Part shown: in pieces, positions 30,074 through 39,215 of the stretch
Numbering within the stretch: the first letter of the stretch is position 1
Layout: the number at the start of each line of letters is the position of its first letter
Assembly: GCA_964613395.1 (NCBI GenBank)
Contig: CAZTGO010000002.1
Location: 71,366-135,365 of the forward strand
DNA from: an uncultured Candidatus Poseidoniales archaeon
GTDB lineage: Archaea; Thermoplasmatota; Poseidoniia; Poseidoniales; Poseidoniaceae
Direction: 5' to 3'
Length of the DNA stretch: 64,000 nucleotides
Position numbers and translations under genes: made by a program
The notes under the pieces: generated by a model
The model's input: the letters and a program-made list of their open reading frames with translations, nothing else
Database searches by the model: none
Told to the model about the DNA's origin: nothing

Positions 30074-30359
30074 ATCTGACATATCCCGAGACAGGCTTGT
30101 TCATTATCTTGATTTAACGAAATCAGCAAGAGAGAAAGTTTCGCTCATTGGTGAGTTGAGTGCTGAAGATCAGAAAAAAGCTGGCACTTTACTCGAGATG
30201 GCTGATGCTTACATTTTTGATGCAGGATTTTTTTTCGAGAAAGGAGATTACATCCGTTCATTTGGTGCCATAAATTATGCGCATGCGTGGATTGATGCCG
30301 GAGTCAAGTTGAAACTCCTCGATGGGCACGACGATGATGTCCTTTTTACATTACCGTGA
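30066..30359 (+). CDS. DUF357-family small archaeal protein
   Basis: 97 aa. LEMADAYIFDAGFFFEKGDYIRSFGAINYAHAWIDAGVKL resembles the DUF357 core (Y..D...F...GD...A.....YA.GWLDAG). The start overlaps the upstream stop (ATGATTGA). Confidence 0.55.
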   Translation: MIESDISRDRLVHYLDLTKSAREKVSLIGELSAEDQKKAGTLLEMADAYIFDAGFFFEKGDYIRSFGAINYAHAWIDAGVKLKLLDGHDDDVLFTLP

Positions 30360-30755
30360 TTAAACGGAATCAACCAAATGTAATCTGTGACCTTTTCTCA
30401 CTTCGAGAATTGGAATATTGAGTTGATATGCTCGTCTCTTGAGTTCTACATCGACTGTGAGCAGCGTAGAATTGTGCTGAAGAGCAGATTCGATGAGCAA
30501 ATCATCGGTGTGAGTACCTTTTACGTCGGATGTATCAACCACCAGAGCCTTGTCTTTGAGCAAATCAAGGAGCATTGTTGATTTTGAGATGGTTTTCTCT
30601 TTTAGCAAGTGTTCTAGTTCTTCGAGAACAACATCGAGGACAATCCATTGAGGCTTACCCAAATACCGTTGCGCTTCATTGTCGATGTTGATGCTAGAAT
30701 GACGACATGCAACCCATCCGCAAGCGTCGATGAGTAAAGTTTGCAAGGAGTACAC
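30360..30755 (-). CDS. PIN-domain protein (conserved neighbour of aIF2-gamma in archaea)
   Basis: 131 aa. LLIDACGW at the N-terminus, with later acidic positions VVDTSD, THTDDLLIESA and LLTVDVELKRRA. Sits immediately downstream of aIF2-gamma, as in many archaea. Confidence 0.6.
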   Translation of the reverse strand: MYSLQTLLIDACGWVACRHSSINIDNEAQRYLGKPQWIVLDVVLEELEHLLKEKTISKSTMLLDLLKDKALVVDTSDVKGTHTDDLLIESALQHNSTLLTVDVELKRRAYQLNIPILEVRKGHRLHLVDSV

Positions 30756-30761
30756 CCTTCC

Positions 30762-32000
30762 TCATAGAATTGTGCCGTATCCAATAAGTCTCCAACGAGA
30801 GCCAACACGACGAGAAAGAGATACGCGTTGTCCTGCATCAGCACAAATAGGGAGGCGTAATTCAAGCGATGTTGTGCCCTTCTCAACATTTCGAGTCACA
30901 CCAACAGATGTAGCGGTAGCAACATTGAGCATGAGCATCTCATTGTTTCGAAGGGGTTGGACGACCTCCGGAGCATTATCATTTCCTGAAACCATATTTT
31001 CCATGAGATGAATTTGGATTTTCACGGTGGAGTGGAGTGGAGGCAACTCGTCTTTACGAGCCACGACCTGACCGGATAGATTATCCGAAGTTGTAATAGC
31101 TGGGTCGAGAAGTGTAGCCATGCCACATAAGCCACCTGCATGCATTGTCTCAAGGCTGTTACCTCCTCCTTGAAGTGAAGAAATCACGGCTGGTATTGGC
31201 TCCCAAGTTGATTTATTTCCTTTCTCAATTTTTTTACCTGGTCCGATGACAATCTCATCACCGACCTTGAATTGTCCTTCTACGATACTCCCACCGATGA
31301 CGCCACCTTTCAGTTTACTTGGTCGAGTCCCTGGTCGATTAATGTCAAAGGACCTTGCAACATACATGAGAGGTCGGTCGTCTAGGTTCTTTTCAGGTGT
31401 TGGAATATACTTCTCAATCGCCGCAATGAGAACATCAAGATTCACATCATGGTGTGCTGAAACAGGAATTACTGGAGCATTCTCGGCAATTGTTCCCTTG
31501 AGGAATTCTTTTATTTCTTGGTACGATTCAAGTGCACGTTCTTTAGAGACAAGGTCGATTTTATTTTGAACAACGACGATGTTTTCTATACCTGCAATCT
31601 CTAGAGCCATAAGATGTTCTCGCGTTTGTGGTTGAGGGCACTGTTCGTTTGCTGCAACCATAAGAAGAGCCCCGTCCATAATTGAGGCTCCAGTGATCAT
31701 GATGGCCATGAGGGTTTCGTGACCGGGTGCGTCGACAAAGGAAACCACCCTTTGCAGTTCATCTTCTACATCTTCAGAACCATCTGGTCGTCGACCAGTA
31801 GGGTAAAAATCTCCTTCCTTGGTCTGATAAAATGCTGTATCGGCGTAACCCAATTTAATTGAAATTCCACGTTTACGTTCTTCAGAATGCGTATCTGTCC
31901 AGACGCCAGAAAGTGCTTGGGTAAGCGTTGTTTTTCCGTGGTCAACGTGACCTACCAGTCCAATGTTAACAATGGGTTGAGTTGGTAGCGTCCTGGACAT
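30762..32000 (-). CDS. eif2g: Translation initiation factor aIF2 subunit gamma
   Basis: GAGGGG RBS before ATG 32000. VNIGLVGHVDHGKTTL is G1, DAPGHE is G3 and VQNKIDL is G4. 412 aa. The track start at 32105 overlaps the rps6e 3' end. Confidence 0.95.
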   Translation of the reverse strand: MSRTLPTQPIVNIGLVGHVDHGKTTLTQALSGVWTDTHSEERKRGISIKLGYADTAFYQTKEGDFYPTGRRPDGSEDVEDELQRVVSFVDAPGHETLMAIMITGASIMDGALLMVAANEQCPQPQTREHLMALEIAGIENIVVVQNKIDLVSKERALESYQEIKEFLKGTIAENAPVIPVSAHHDVNLDVLIAAIEKYIPTPEKNLDDRPLMYVARSFDINRPGTRPSKLKGGVIGGSIVEGQFKVGDEIVIGPGKKIEKGNKSTWEPIPAVISSLQGGGNSLETMHAGGLCGMATLLDPAITTSDNLSGQVVARKDELPPLHSTVKIQIHLMENMVSGNDNAPEVVQPLRNNEMLMLNVATATSVGVTRNVEKGTTSLELRLPICADAGQRVSLSRRVGSRWRLIGYGTIL

Positions 32001-32034
32001 TGTCCCCTCACGCTCCTCGATCAACCTCTCGGTT

Positions 32035-32532
32035 TCACTGGCTTTCTCCTTCAGCTGGTGATTGATTGAATATATCGTCGAGTTTTTTCTTTCCGTGCTC
32101 AACAACTTTCAAATTAATTTGACGTGTGTCTTGAGTCACAGTGTTTCCACGAAATGTTCGGCGCTTTCGAAGACCGTCGGGCTTCATTCGAATTTCTGTA
32201 CCGCCGCCTTTCTTTTTCTTGATGTTCTTCTTGATACCTTTGTATCCAGTGGAGCGAGTAACGAGAATGGATTGACGAGACCCACCATCCAAGTCTTTTC
32301 GCATTGGTGTTCCTGTCTTATCAGAGCCACCAGTGATTTCAAGTTTGTATCCGCCGAGGTTTTGTTCGCTTTCAGTGGTTACAAAAAGTCCATCGACAAC
32401 ATCACCGATTCTCTTACCAAGCACCTGTGCGTGATTGTTTCCAGTTATCTTTGCTGAGTATGATTTTCCGTCATTTTTAGGGTCGGTATCATTGACAACT
32501 GCAATGAATTCTCCGCTCGTTCCTCGTGCCAT
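32035..32532 (-). CDS. rps6e: 30S ribosomal protein S6e
   Basis: MARGTSGEFIAVVND...ITGGSDKTGTPMRKDLDGGSRQSILV plus a basic C-terminus are typical of S6e. Confidence 0.9.
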   Translation of the reverse strand: MARGTSGEFIAVVNDTDPKNDGKSYSAKITGNNHAQVLGKRIGDVVDGLFVTTESEQNLGGYKLEITGGSDKTGTPMRKDLDGGSRQSILVTRSTGYKGIKKNIKKKKGGGTEIRMKPDGLRKRRTFRGNTVTQDTRQINLKVVEHGKKKLDDIFNQSPAEGESQ

Positions 32533-32604
32533 ACACTCACCTTACAGACTTTGCCGACAAACGACCCGTATTTAGCCCCTCCGCACGATGTTAAGGCTAG
32601 ATTC

Positions 32605-33825
32605 CTACCGCAATCGCTTTGGAATGAGCATTTCCAACCTTGAAGCGATATCTGCAGGTAGGAAGTGTGGCATGGTAAGGTGCGTTGTTCTACCTCGTCC
32701 ACCTTCTACGGTTGACACATTTGAGACAATGATTTGTGTGTGTTCGAGATGTTTCACATATTTCCACATCGTTGTGTGGCTTTTGGGTTTCTGTTCATAC
32801 TCTTCACAAATCAAATGATACAATCCAGAAACATCGCCCATGGTCATCGTCGGCGTCTTCTTGAGGCGCCGGCAAATAGCGAGTAAGGTCATCATAGCGT
32901 GAGCACTCAAGTCATCAACATGATCCATTTTCGTTGAGACATTCAAAGCGACAAAGTCAGAAGACTCATGTACATCTTGAATTGTTAAAAACGGTTCTGA
33001 ATGGCCGTCTTGTCGAAATTCACAACGCTCAACAGCAGCATTGAGGAATTCGATAACACGTCGTGCATCTCCACTTGGGCCAGCCTTTTCTGCAATAAGT
33101 CGAATCACATCAAAATCCCAAGTCCCCTCGACAAGTCCTAATTCGGCTCGTTGAAGGGCGATTTCTTCAAGTTCGTCGACCGTGTATGGTTGTACGCGAA
33201 TATGATTTGATTGACCAAGCCGAGACAGAACTGCTGGCTCAAGGAAATCCAAGACTTGTTCCTGACTGATGAGTACGAGTGACACTGAACCATTTCTCCT
33301 CTGGTCTTCGTCAATTCGAAGAAAGTGGTACAGCAATTCATCACCTGAGCGTCTTAGGACATGGTCAACTTCGTCGAGAACGACGATAAGATGAGATGCA
33401 GTACGGTCGAGTAATTTGCGGATACTGTTAAGCAATTCGCCGATTGACAGTCCTCGGTCGGGGTGCCCAGGGTCAAGGGTGTGGACAATTCGTTGAACAA
33501 CTTGCATACTCGTCGATGCATTTCTACAGTTGATGTGTGCGGTGCGTATGGTACGTTGTTCTGCAAATTTTCGTTGCACATCTTCGCAGAATCGTCGAAT
33601 AAGGACAGTTTTTCCACTTCCAACAGGTCCAGTTAGAACGACCCTGCCACTTCCTTCAGGCTGTGCAATCGTAGTAAATTTCGATGCGACCTCTCGTTGT
33701 AGTTGGCTTCTCCCGACCAAATGAGGTGGTACAAAATCGAAGTTGAACGCTTCCGCATTGGCAAGAATGATGCCTGCTCCAATGCTATCAAGATAATCAG
33801 TCATCTCATTACATGCTTGTGGCAA
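32605..33825 (-). CDS. cdc6: Orc1/Cdc6 replication initiator
   Basis: VGRSQLQREV, Walker A LTGPVGSGKTVLI, Walker B LIVVLDEVD, sensor 2 SGDARRVIEFL, and a C-terminal winged helix. An alternative start is ATG 33804. Confidence 0.9.
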   Translation of the reverse strand: MPQACNEMTDYLDSIGAGIILANAEAFNFDFVPPHLVGRSQLQREVASKFTTIAQPEGSGRVVLTGPVGSGKTVLIRRFCEDVQRKFAEQRTIRTAHINCRNASTSMQVVQRIVHTLDPGHPDRGLSIGELLNSIRKLLDRTASHLIVVLDEVDHVLRRSGDELLYHFLRIDEDQRRNGSVSLVLISQEQVLDFLEPAVLSRLGQSNHIRVQPYTVDELEEIALQRAELGLVEGTWDFDVIRLIAEKAGPSGDARRVIEFLNAAVERCEFRQDGHSEPFLTIQDVHESSDFVALNVSTKMDHVDDLSAHAMMTLLAICRRLKKTPTMTMGDVSGLYHLICEEYEQKPKSHTTMWKYVKHLEHTQIIVSNVSTVEGGRGRTTHLTMPHFLPADIASRLEMLIPKRLR

Positions 33826-34003
33826 CCGTTCTAAAAGATGTGCATCAAAAGTTGAGCAAAGAGCAGTTTTCTTCCACCAACTTTCTGCGAATTGATTGTC
33901 GTGTTACCGCTGTTTTTCAACTCATGGAACCTTAAGTTCATTTGTAGGGTTCGCATTGTTTAGAGCCCACAACGCTCAAAGAGGTTGTTGTCAAGGAAGA
34001 GGT

Positions 34004-35239
34004 ATGAGCACCCGGCGTCTCTTTGCAGCAGTTCGGGATCTCGATCCACCTGGCGGTGGTGCAGAGCGTTCAATGGCGGCTTTACTCAATGGTGTTGCAA
34101 CAGCTGGTCCAACGCTTGAGACCGCTCCAACATTCGTACCACTGTCGCCCTCTGAGGATGCTCCAACACACCCAGCGTGGGCAGTGAGTGCATTTGCTAG
34201 TCGCGACAGAGGGGACCAAATTGGTTTGCTTGAATCCGAAGTAAAATTCACCACCACACATCTTCCTATCGAAGGCTTATGGTCGAAGGTCGCTTGGGCT
34301 TTGCGAGAGCGTAGAGGTGAATTGAGACGGAGAAAGTGGGCTCTTGACCGACATATTGCCCGGCGGAGTGCCCAATTTGCTATCCGAGTGGGTGCGTGGT
34401 TGGACAAACAAGACTATGCTGGCGGCATTGGGGTGACTCAACTCGATTGGGCACCGGGGGCAGCTGAAGCGTTTGCTGCGCGTGGAATGCCTTACATTAT
34501 GTTTGTTCGAGATGATACGGTGTTCCGTCTTGAAGAACGATTTCGACCTGTTATGGAGGGGGCTGCCCTCGTCTGTGCGGCTGGAGAAGGACTCCTTGCG
34601 GACATTGGTTCTCGATTCTCCATTCAGCAAGGCCATAGCGTGCCTCTACCCATCGATTTCAGTGGCCGTTTTGGCAGCATGGATGATGTCAACGCCTTGC
34701 GCTCATCTGAGCAGGCAAAGAGACCCGAGGGGGCGCCACCGACAATCGGTATCATGGTTGTGACTCCGGAAAAAGGGTTGCGAATGTATCAACGACTCCT
34801 TCCGAGGTTGCTTGAGCAGTGGCCAGAGGCTGAAGTTCACATAGCAGGTGGAAGTTCTTATCCTCAACAACTTGCTCATCACCCTAACGCACGCATTCGA
34901 GGTTATGTTGACGCAGCAACCTTTTTTGCAAGCATCGATATCAACCTTATTTTGTTTGAGACGACTGGGTCATGGGGGCGAGTCATTGGTGAAGCTGGTT
35001 TATTTGGCGTCCCAAGCGTTACATGTGACGTTGGTTCACAAAAGGAAGCTTTGGGAGAGGGTGGCATATTAGTCTCCGACGGCCATGATATAGATGCGGT
35101 TATTGAGGCCTTGAGAAATGTTTACGACGACCGTGAACGTTACGGTGGGTTGGCAAGAAAACACACCCAAATGGTAGACCATCGGCGTTCGGTTGCAGCT
35201 TTCCGCAGCGGCTTGGAAGACTTGTTAGAAAACCATTGA
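34004..35239 (+). CDS. Glycosyltransferase family 1 (GT4-like), GC-rich outlier gene
   Basis: GGAAGAGGT RBS before ATG 34004. N-terminal PPGGGAERSMAALLNGVA is a GT-B GGxE-type motif. The C-terminus ETTGSWGRVIGEAGLFGVPSVTCDVGSQKEALGEGGILV is the E..G...EA...G.P signature. Two 60-nt lines I counted were 62% G+C (34021-34080) and 58% G+C (34141-34200). Lines counted elsewhere in the window were 33-50%. Confidence 0.8.
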   Translation: MSTRRLFAAVRDLDPPGGGAERSMAALLNGVATAGPTLETAPTFVPLSPSEDAPTHPAWAVSAFASRDRGDQIGLLESEVKFTTTHLPIEGLWSKVAWALRERRGELRRRKWALDRHIARRSAQFAIRVGAWLDKQDYAGGIGVTQLDWAPGAAEAFAARGMPYIMFVRDDTVFRLEERFRPVMEGAALVCAAGEGLLADIGSRFSIQQGHSVPLPIDFSGRFGSMDDVNALRSSEQAKRPEGAPPTIGIMVVTPEKGLRMYQRLLPRLLEQWPEAEVHIAGGSSYPQQLAHHPNARIRGYVDAATFFASIDINLILFETTGSWGRVIGEAGLFGVPSVTCDVGSQKEALGEGGILVSDGHDIDAVIEALRNVYDDRERYGGLARKHTQMVDHRRSVAAFRSGLEDLLENH

Positions 35240-35300
35240 TCAGAACATCTTACCGAGCTTGAGTGTTTCATCAAAACATTACATAGTTTCAATAACGGCG

Positions 35301-36233
35301 TCACTCGATGATTTTCTGTTCCTTGAGGAAGCGCTCATGTTCCGCCAACTTTGCGTAAGTGCTTGGGAGAAAAGTTTGCCGTAACTGAACATCATTTTGT
35401 TGTTCGAACACATTGGTGGCGTGCAAGGCCACTTCTTGACTCCCTGGGAGGAGATCGAAATGAAGACTTTTATCCGTCACCAATCCAATACCAATGCCGT
35501 GTTCAATGGCTTGGAAAGTTAACCAGACGTCGTCTTGCCTCGGGCATGTTGTTCTGAAACCATCGCCTGCCTTGCGCATGACTTCGAGAAAATGAGGTGG
35601 AAACAAGACGCCAGAGACGCATGTAGCAAAATTAAGATGACTTGGTCCTTTGATGCCGGGTGGCCATGATTGGTAGGGGGCTAGTCCTGACTTGTCATCG
35701 TTCAGCATGATTCGATGAGCACGGTAAGCCATAATGGCTGTTGGGTCGCTTTCTGATGCCTCGATGATGCGCTTTAACCATGATTTAGGGTAGAATATAT
35801 CGTCATCAGCAACAACATGAGGGCTGGAAAAATCAGGTGCGTTCTGAATCCACCACTGTACCTTCGTGTGAGGCCCAAGGTTTTCAGCTAAGTGTATTTC
35901 TAATCCTCTTTTCTTCAGCCGTTGCAAAGCCTTTGTGGGGCGTTTCACATCGTCTTCGACATCCAAGAAGAGCATGAATCGTGATGGAAGCAAAGAGCCT
36001 TTTGCAATCGTCTCGATAACGATGTGAACATGCTTCAAGCGTTGCCCGTGCGTCGTCATCGACACTGTCGGGCCTGCTGGATTGAGGATGGTTGAGGATG
36101 CGAAACGGTTTCTCAAGCCGAGGCGTAGAAATCTAATTCTGAGCAGGATGTCAACCACAAGATTTCGAAGGAATGATTTGACATTGGGGACTCTCATGTT
36201 CTTTACCAACGTCGTTAAGAATGCCTTAATCAC
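35301..36233 (-). CDS. Putative GT-A-type glycosyltransferase (DxD motif)
   Basis: 310 aa. VSMTTHGQRLKHVHIVIETIAKGSLLPSRFMLFLDVED ... HVVADDDIFYP has a layout typical of GT-A enzymes. Adjacent to the GT1 gene. The family assignment is tentative. Confidence 0.45.
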   Translation of the reverse strand: MIKAFLTTLVKNMRVPNVKSFLRNLVVDILLRIRFLRLGLRNRFASSTILNPAGPTVSMTTHGQRLKHVHIVIETIAKGSLLPSRFMLFLDVEDDVKRPTKALQRLKKRGLEIHLAENLGPHTKVQWWIQNAPDFSSPHVVADDDIFYPKSWLKRIIEASESDPTAIMAYRAHRIMLNDDKSGLAPYQSWPPGIKGPSHLNFATCVSGVLFPPHFLEVMRKAGDGFRTTCPRQDDVWLTFQAIEHGIGIGLVTDKSLHFDLLPGSQEVALHATNVFEQQNDVQLRQTFLPSTYAKLAEHERFLKEQKIIE

Positions 36234-36416
36234 CCATTCTTAATCGTTTCTGAGTCTTCGTTCAGCATGATATTTCAAGATGGCAGAACACATGATAGCA
36301 TGAAGTCTTCGATCCATGAACACCCTGCACAACGCTTGATGTGGCTCATGTTTTCATGAAACGCCAATGAACAGTGAGCATCTACGTCAAGCCGAGGTTC
36401 ACGGAATCTATATGGC

Positions 36417-37316
36417 ATGAACCAACTGCCGAGGAATAAAGTGAGTACCATGACCAGTGTGAATTGGATTTCAAAAATTCAATCTCACGAAGTTCAACAC
36501 TTTTCCCAAGGAACGCAAGACGGTGTCATCGATTTCATCATTGAGAACATTGAGATTCGCAATAATTATTGCATTGAATTTGGTTTTGATTCCACCAGAT
36601 GGGAGGATTGTTTGCCAAACACCAAACATTTGGTACTGAAGAGAAAGTGGGACCACCTGCTCATCGATGGAAATTGCCAAAATCCAGAGATAAACCTCCA
36701 CCAGCATTTCATCACTAGCAATAACATCTGTGACCTTTTCAAACAGCACGGTGTTCCGAAGGAACCAGGGTTCGTCTCCATTGACTTGGATTCAACTGAC
36801 ATTTGGGTGACTGACGCCATGCTTGAGAACTATCGACCAAGTTTCTTTTGTGTTGAATTCAATCCAAATTTTCCAATCGATGTAGCCATGGCCTTTCCGA
36901 ACGACTCGGATGAGTTTTGGCAATTTGATCGTGTGATGGGTTCTTCTCTTAAGGCGTTGAGGATGATGGCAAATAAGCACGGGTATTCATTGGCCCATGC
37001 AGGCTGCTACTCTACCGCCAAACACCATGATGCTTTTTTTATTCGTGATGACTTGATCGAATCATCGCATGTTCCACCCCTGGAAGCCTTCGCAGGTACG
37101 CATGTTCCCTTACATGCTGTGTGTATCAGCGGACGGGAAAACATCTACATAAATTACGAAGTTTGGTTAGACACTCAAAACGTTGAACAGAGTCGGAAGG
37201 CAGTCCCTAAATCATGGAAGAAACACATCTCAGGTACGCTCCTGCAACGGCTGAACCGAAAGCGTAAGATGTTGATTCGAACGATTTCACTGCGAATCCG
37301 AGGATTGCAATCTTGA
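36417..37316 (+). CDS. Hypothetical protein, possibly FkbM-like methyltransferase fold
   Basis: 299 aa. CIEFGFDS and FVSIDLDSTDIWV loosely resemble the FkbM motifs (DIGAN.G; lKiDvEG.E). Weak call. Confidence 0.35.
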   Translation: MNQLPRNKVSTMTSVNWISKIQSHEVQHFSQGTQDGVIDFIIENIEIRNNYCIEFGFDSTRWEDCLPNTKHLVLKRKWDHLLIDGNCQNPEINLHQHFITSNNICDLFKQHGVPKEPGFVSIDLDSTDIWVTDAMLENYRPSFFCVEFNPNFPIDVAMAFPNDSDEFWQFDRVMGSSLKALRMMANKHGYSLAHAGCYSTAKHHDAFFIRDDLIESSHVPPLEAFAGTHVPLHAVCISGRENIYINYEVWLDTQNVEQSRKAVPKSWKKHISGTLLQRLNRKRKMLIRTISLRIRGLQS

Positions 37317-37422
37317 CGTCACAGCGGGTGAGCAGGCCGACAACACCCGAAATCAATCGCTTTCTATGCTATTGGATGAATTAGGGGATTGATTATTTAA
37401 TGATGGCACCAGTGTCAGCACT

Positions 37423-38022
37423 ATGACAGAAAATCCTGATGGGAGTTCATTTTTCAAAAAATGGGTCATGAGGCAATACTGGAGAATGCAACAATCACAA
37501 GCGGTTGTAAGCTTGTTGTTGTGGGGGACAACCATCACCCTCCTCGTTTGGCCTCTAATTCAGTGGAGATTTACTTCAGAATGCACAACAGGAATCTGTA
37601 TTTCAGATGAATTTTTTGGCATATCGAGTACGTATTTTGCACTCTCTGCAATCTTTATCACCGTGATGTTATCTGTTCTCACAATTGGATTTCTTTACGA
37701 TCAAGTCTTCTCTCTTTGGACTGAATGGCGAAGTGTCGATATGGAGCGCAATCCATTCGCAACCTACGCCCTTGCTCCAATTTGGCTCATGACGATTGCA
37801 TTACAGGCTGAGGTTTTGAAGCGCACCTCTCCTGATGATGAAGCAATGGTCAAGCAAGCCGATTGGTGTCTTAAATGGTGCGAGGCGTACACAGAAGGTG
37901 AAATGTTCGCTCGTGCTGTTCAACGATGGGATCAAGATTTTGGGGAGACGCCAACATTTTGGTTTACAAGCGATGAAGCTATGGAGAGAGCACGCCAGGC
38001 ATCATTCGAAGATGAGGCTTGA
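37423..38022 (+). CDS. Hypothetical membrane protein (about 3-4 TM, Trp-rich)
   Basis: 199 aa. Hydrophobic segments AVVSLLLWGTTITLLVWPLI, YFALSAIFITVMLSVLTIGFLY and ALAPIWLMTIAL. No recognisable family. Confidence 0.4.
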   Translation: MTENPDGSSFFKKWVMRQYWRMQQSQAVVSLLLWGTTITLLVWPLIQWRFTSECTTGICISDEFFGISSTYFALSAIFITVMLSVLTIGFLYDQVFSLWTEWRSVDMERNPFATYALAPIWLMTIALQAEVLKRTSPDDEAMVKQADWCLKWCEAYTEGEMFARAVQRWDQDFGETPTFWFTSDEAMERARQASFEDEA

Positions 38023-38096
38023 TAGGATCTCACTTTTTGTTTACAACGATCGTTCTGAAAGTTGTGCATAACACTCGAGTAAAAAGCAGTGTAGCT

Positions 38097-39206
38097 CTAT
38101 GGGATTTCGTCGAATTGATAGCCGTGTTGCCACTGTTTTTCACCTAATGCAACCTCAAGTTCAAATGGTGTGATGAGCGGTTTTCGATACCGAACAGCAT
38201 CATCAATGGCGATTCGAGGGCATGCAGTATTGACAAAAGCATCAACAGGATAGAAGTCAATAAGGTCTGGGCCGATGTGTTCGAGTGCGAGCAAATAGCC
38301 CTTTTTTCCGTGCTGTTCCAAGAGTTTTTTCATCCGAAGTGCAAGCGTCCTTCGCATTTGGCCGGGTTTTTCTCCTATGAGAATGCCAAATGTTTGTGAA
38401 TCTTGACATGACATGATGAGGCCAAAACGTTGCCTAAGGATTCTCTCGATTCGCTCGAGTGACATTTCTTCTGCATCACCTGTGTATGGGTCAAGCATTG
38501 CAAGCGGTTTACCTGTATGAAGAACAAGCCCTATTGGATGAAAATCTCCGGAGCCAAGGAAAAGATAATGCCCTATAGAAGCGTCATCTCCGCTGTAATT
38601 GCATCCCAAAACTTGACCGGGAAAAGAAAGTCTTGCACCACCGATAGGGATGGTTACATCATAGCCAGCCTTTTCTAAACGTTCAACAAAGTCAGGGAGT
38701 AAATGGAGGTGTTGAATTGATCCAACGAGTCCAAGTTTTGCATCTGTAAGCGGAGCAAGTCGTCCAACTGCATCCATGAACCTTTCCTGAGCTTCTTCGT
38801 CACTCATTGGTAAGTCATCATTTTGCTGTTGAAGTCTTTGCCTTGCCATCGCTCTGTGCTGTTCTAAAATTGGAAGGACAGGCAGAAGTTCAGGGTCTCC
38901 GTCATATGTCACATTGATGAATTGGGTTGGCATGCCAGAATCAATATTCATCTGAGAGTGCCCCATGTGTGCAACGAGTTCAACCCCCATTAGTTTCATT
39001 TTATCATGAACGAGGTCACATGCTCCGTAGCAAGGGTCTGCAGCAAGAACAATTTTCGCACTTGTCTCGCTTTCGATAGCATCCATCATCTCTAATGCTT
39101 GCATTTTGAGCCCCTCAGGTACTTGAAGGGCAACAAGTCTGTGGTCGTTGGTTTGAATTTTATCAATGAGGTCTTGTAGTTCAAAATCGTGACGTTCCAT
39201 GTCCAT
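38097..39206 (-). CDS. dph2: Diphthamide synthase subunit Dph2 (2-(3-amino-3-carboxypropyl)histidine synthase)
   Basis: FELQDLIDKIQTNDHRLVALQVPEGLK and AADPCYGACDL plus later Cys positions. The length is typical of archaeal Dph2. Confidence 0.85.
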   Translation of the reverse strand: MDMERHDFELQDLIDKIQTNDHRLVALQVPEGLKMQALEMMDAIESETSAKIVLAADPCYGACDLVHDKMKLMGVELVAHMGHSQMNIDSGMPTQFINVTYDGDPELLPVLPILEQHRAMARQRLQQQNDDLPMSDEEAQERFMDAVGRLAPLTDAKLGLVGSIQHLHLLPDFVERLEKAGYDVTIPIGGARLSFPGQVLGCNYSGDDASIGHYLFLGSGDFHPIGLVLHTGKPLAMLDPYTGDAEEMSLERIERILRQRFGLIMSCQDSQTFGILIGEKPGQMRRTLALRMKKLLEQHGKKGYLLALEHIGPDLIDFYPVDAFVNTACPRIAIDDAVRYRKPLITPFELEVALGEKQWQHGYQFDEIP

Positions 39207-39215
39207 ATGTTCACC

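Noticed and set aside
32533-34003. Replication origin (ORB repeats plus AT-rich DUE) next to orc1/cdc6
   Set aside because: I read both flanks of orc1 (32533-32604 and 33826-34003). I found no repeated ORB or mini-ORB-like elements and no marked AT-rich unwinding stretch. An origin may lie elsewhere, or it may be too divergent to recognise by eye.
33991-34636. Two long minus-strand ORFs (138 and 119 aa) inside the GT1 gene
   Set aside because: The region is very GC-rich, which suppresses stop codons in all frames. The translations are Arg/Ala/Ser-rich nonsense. The plus-strand frame carries GT-B motifs.
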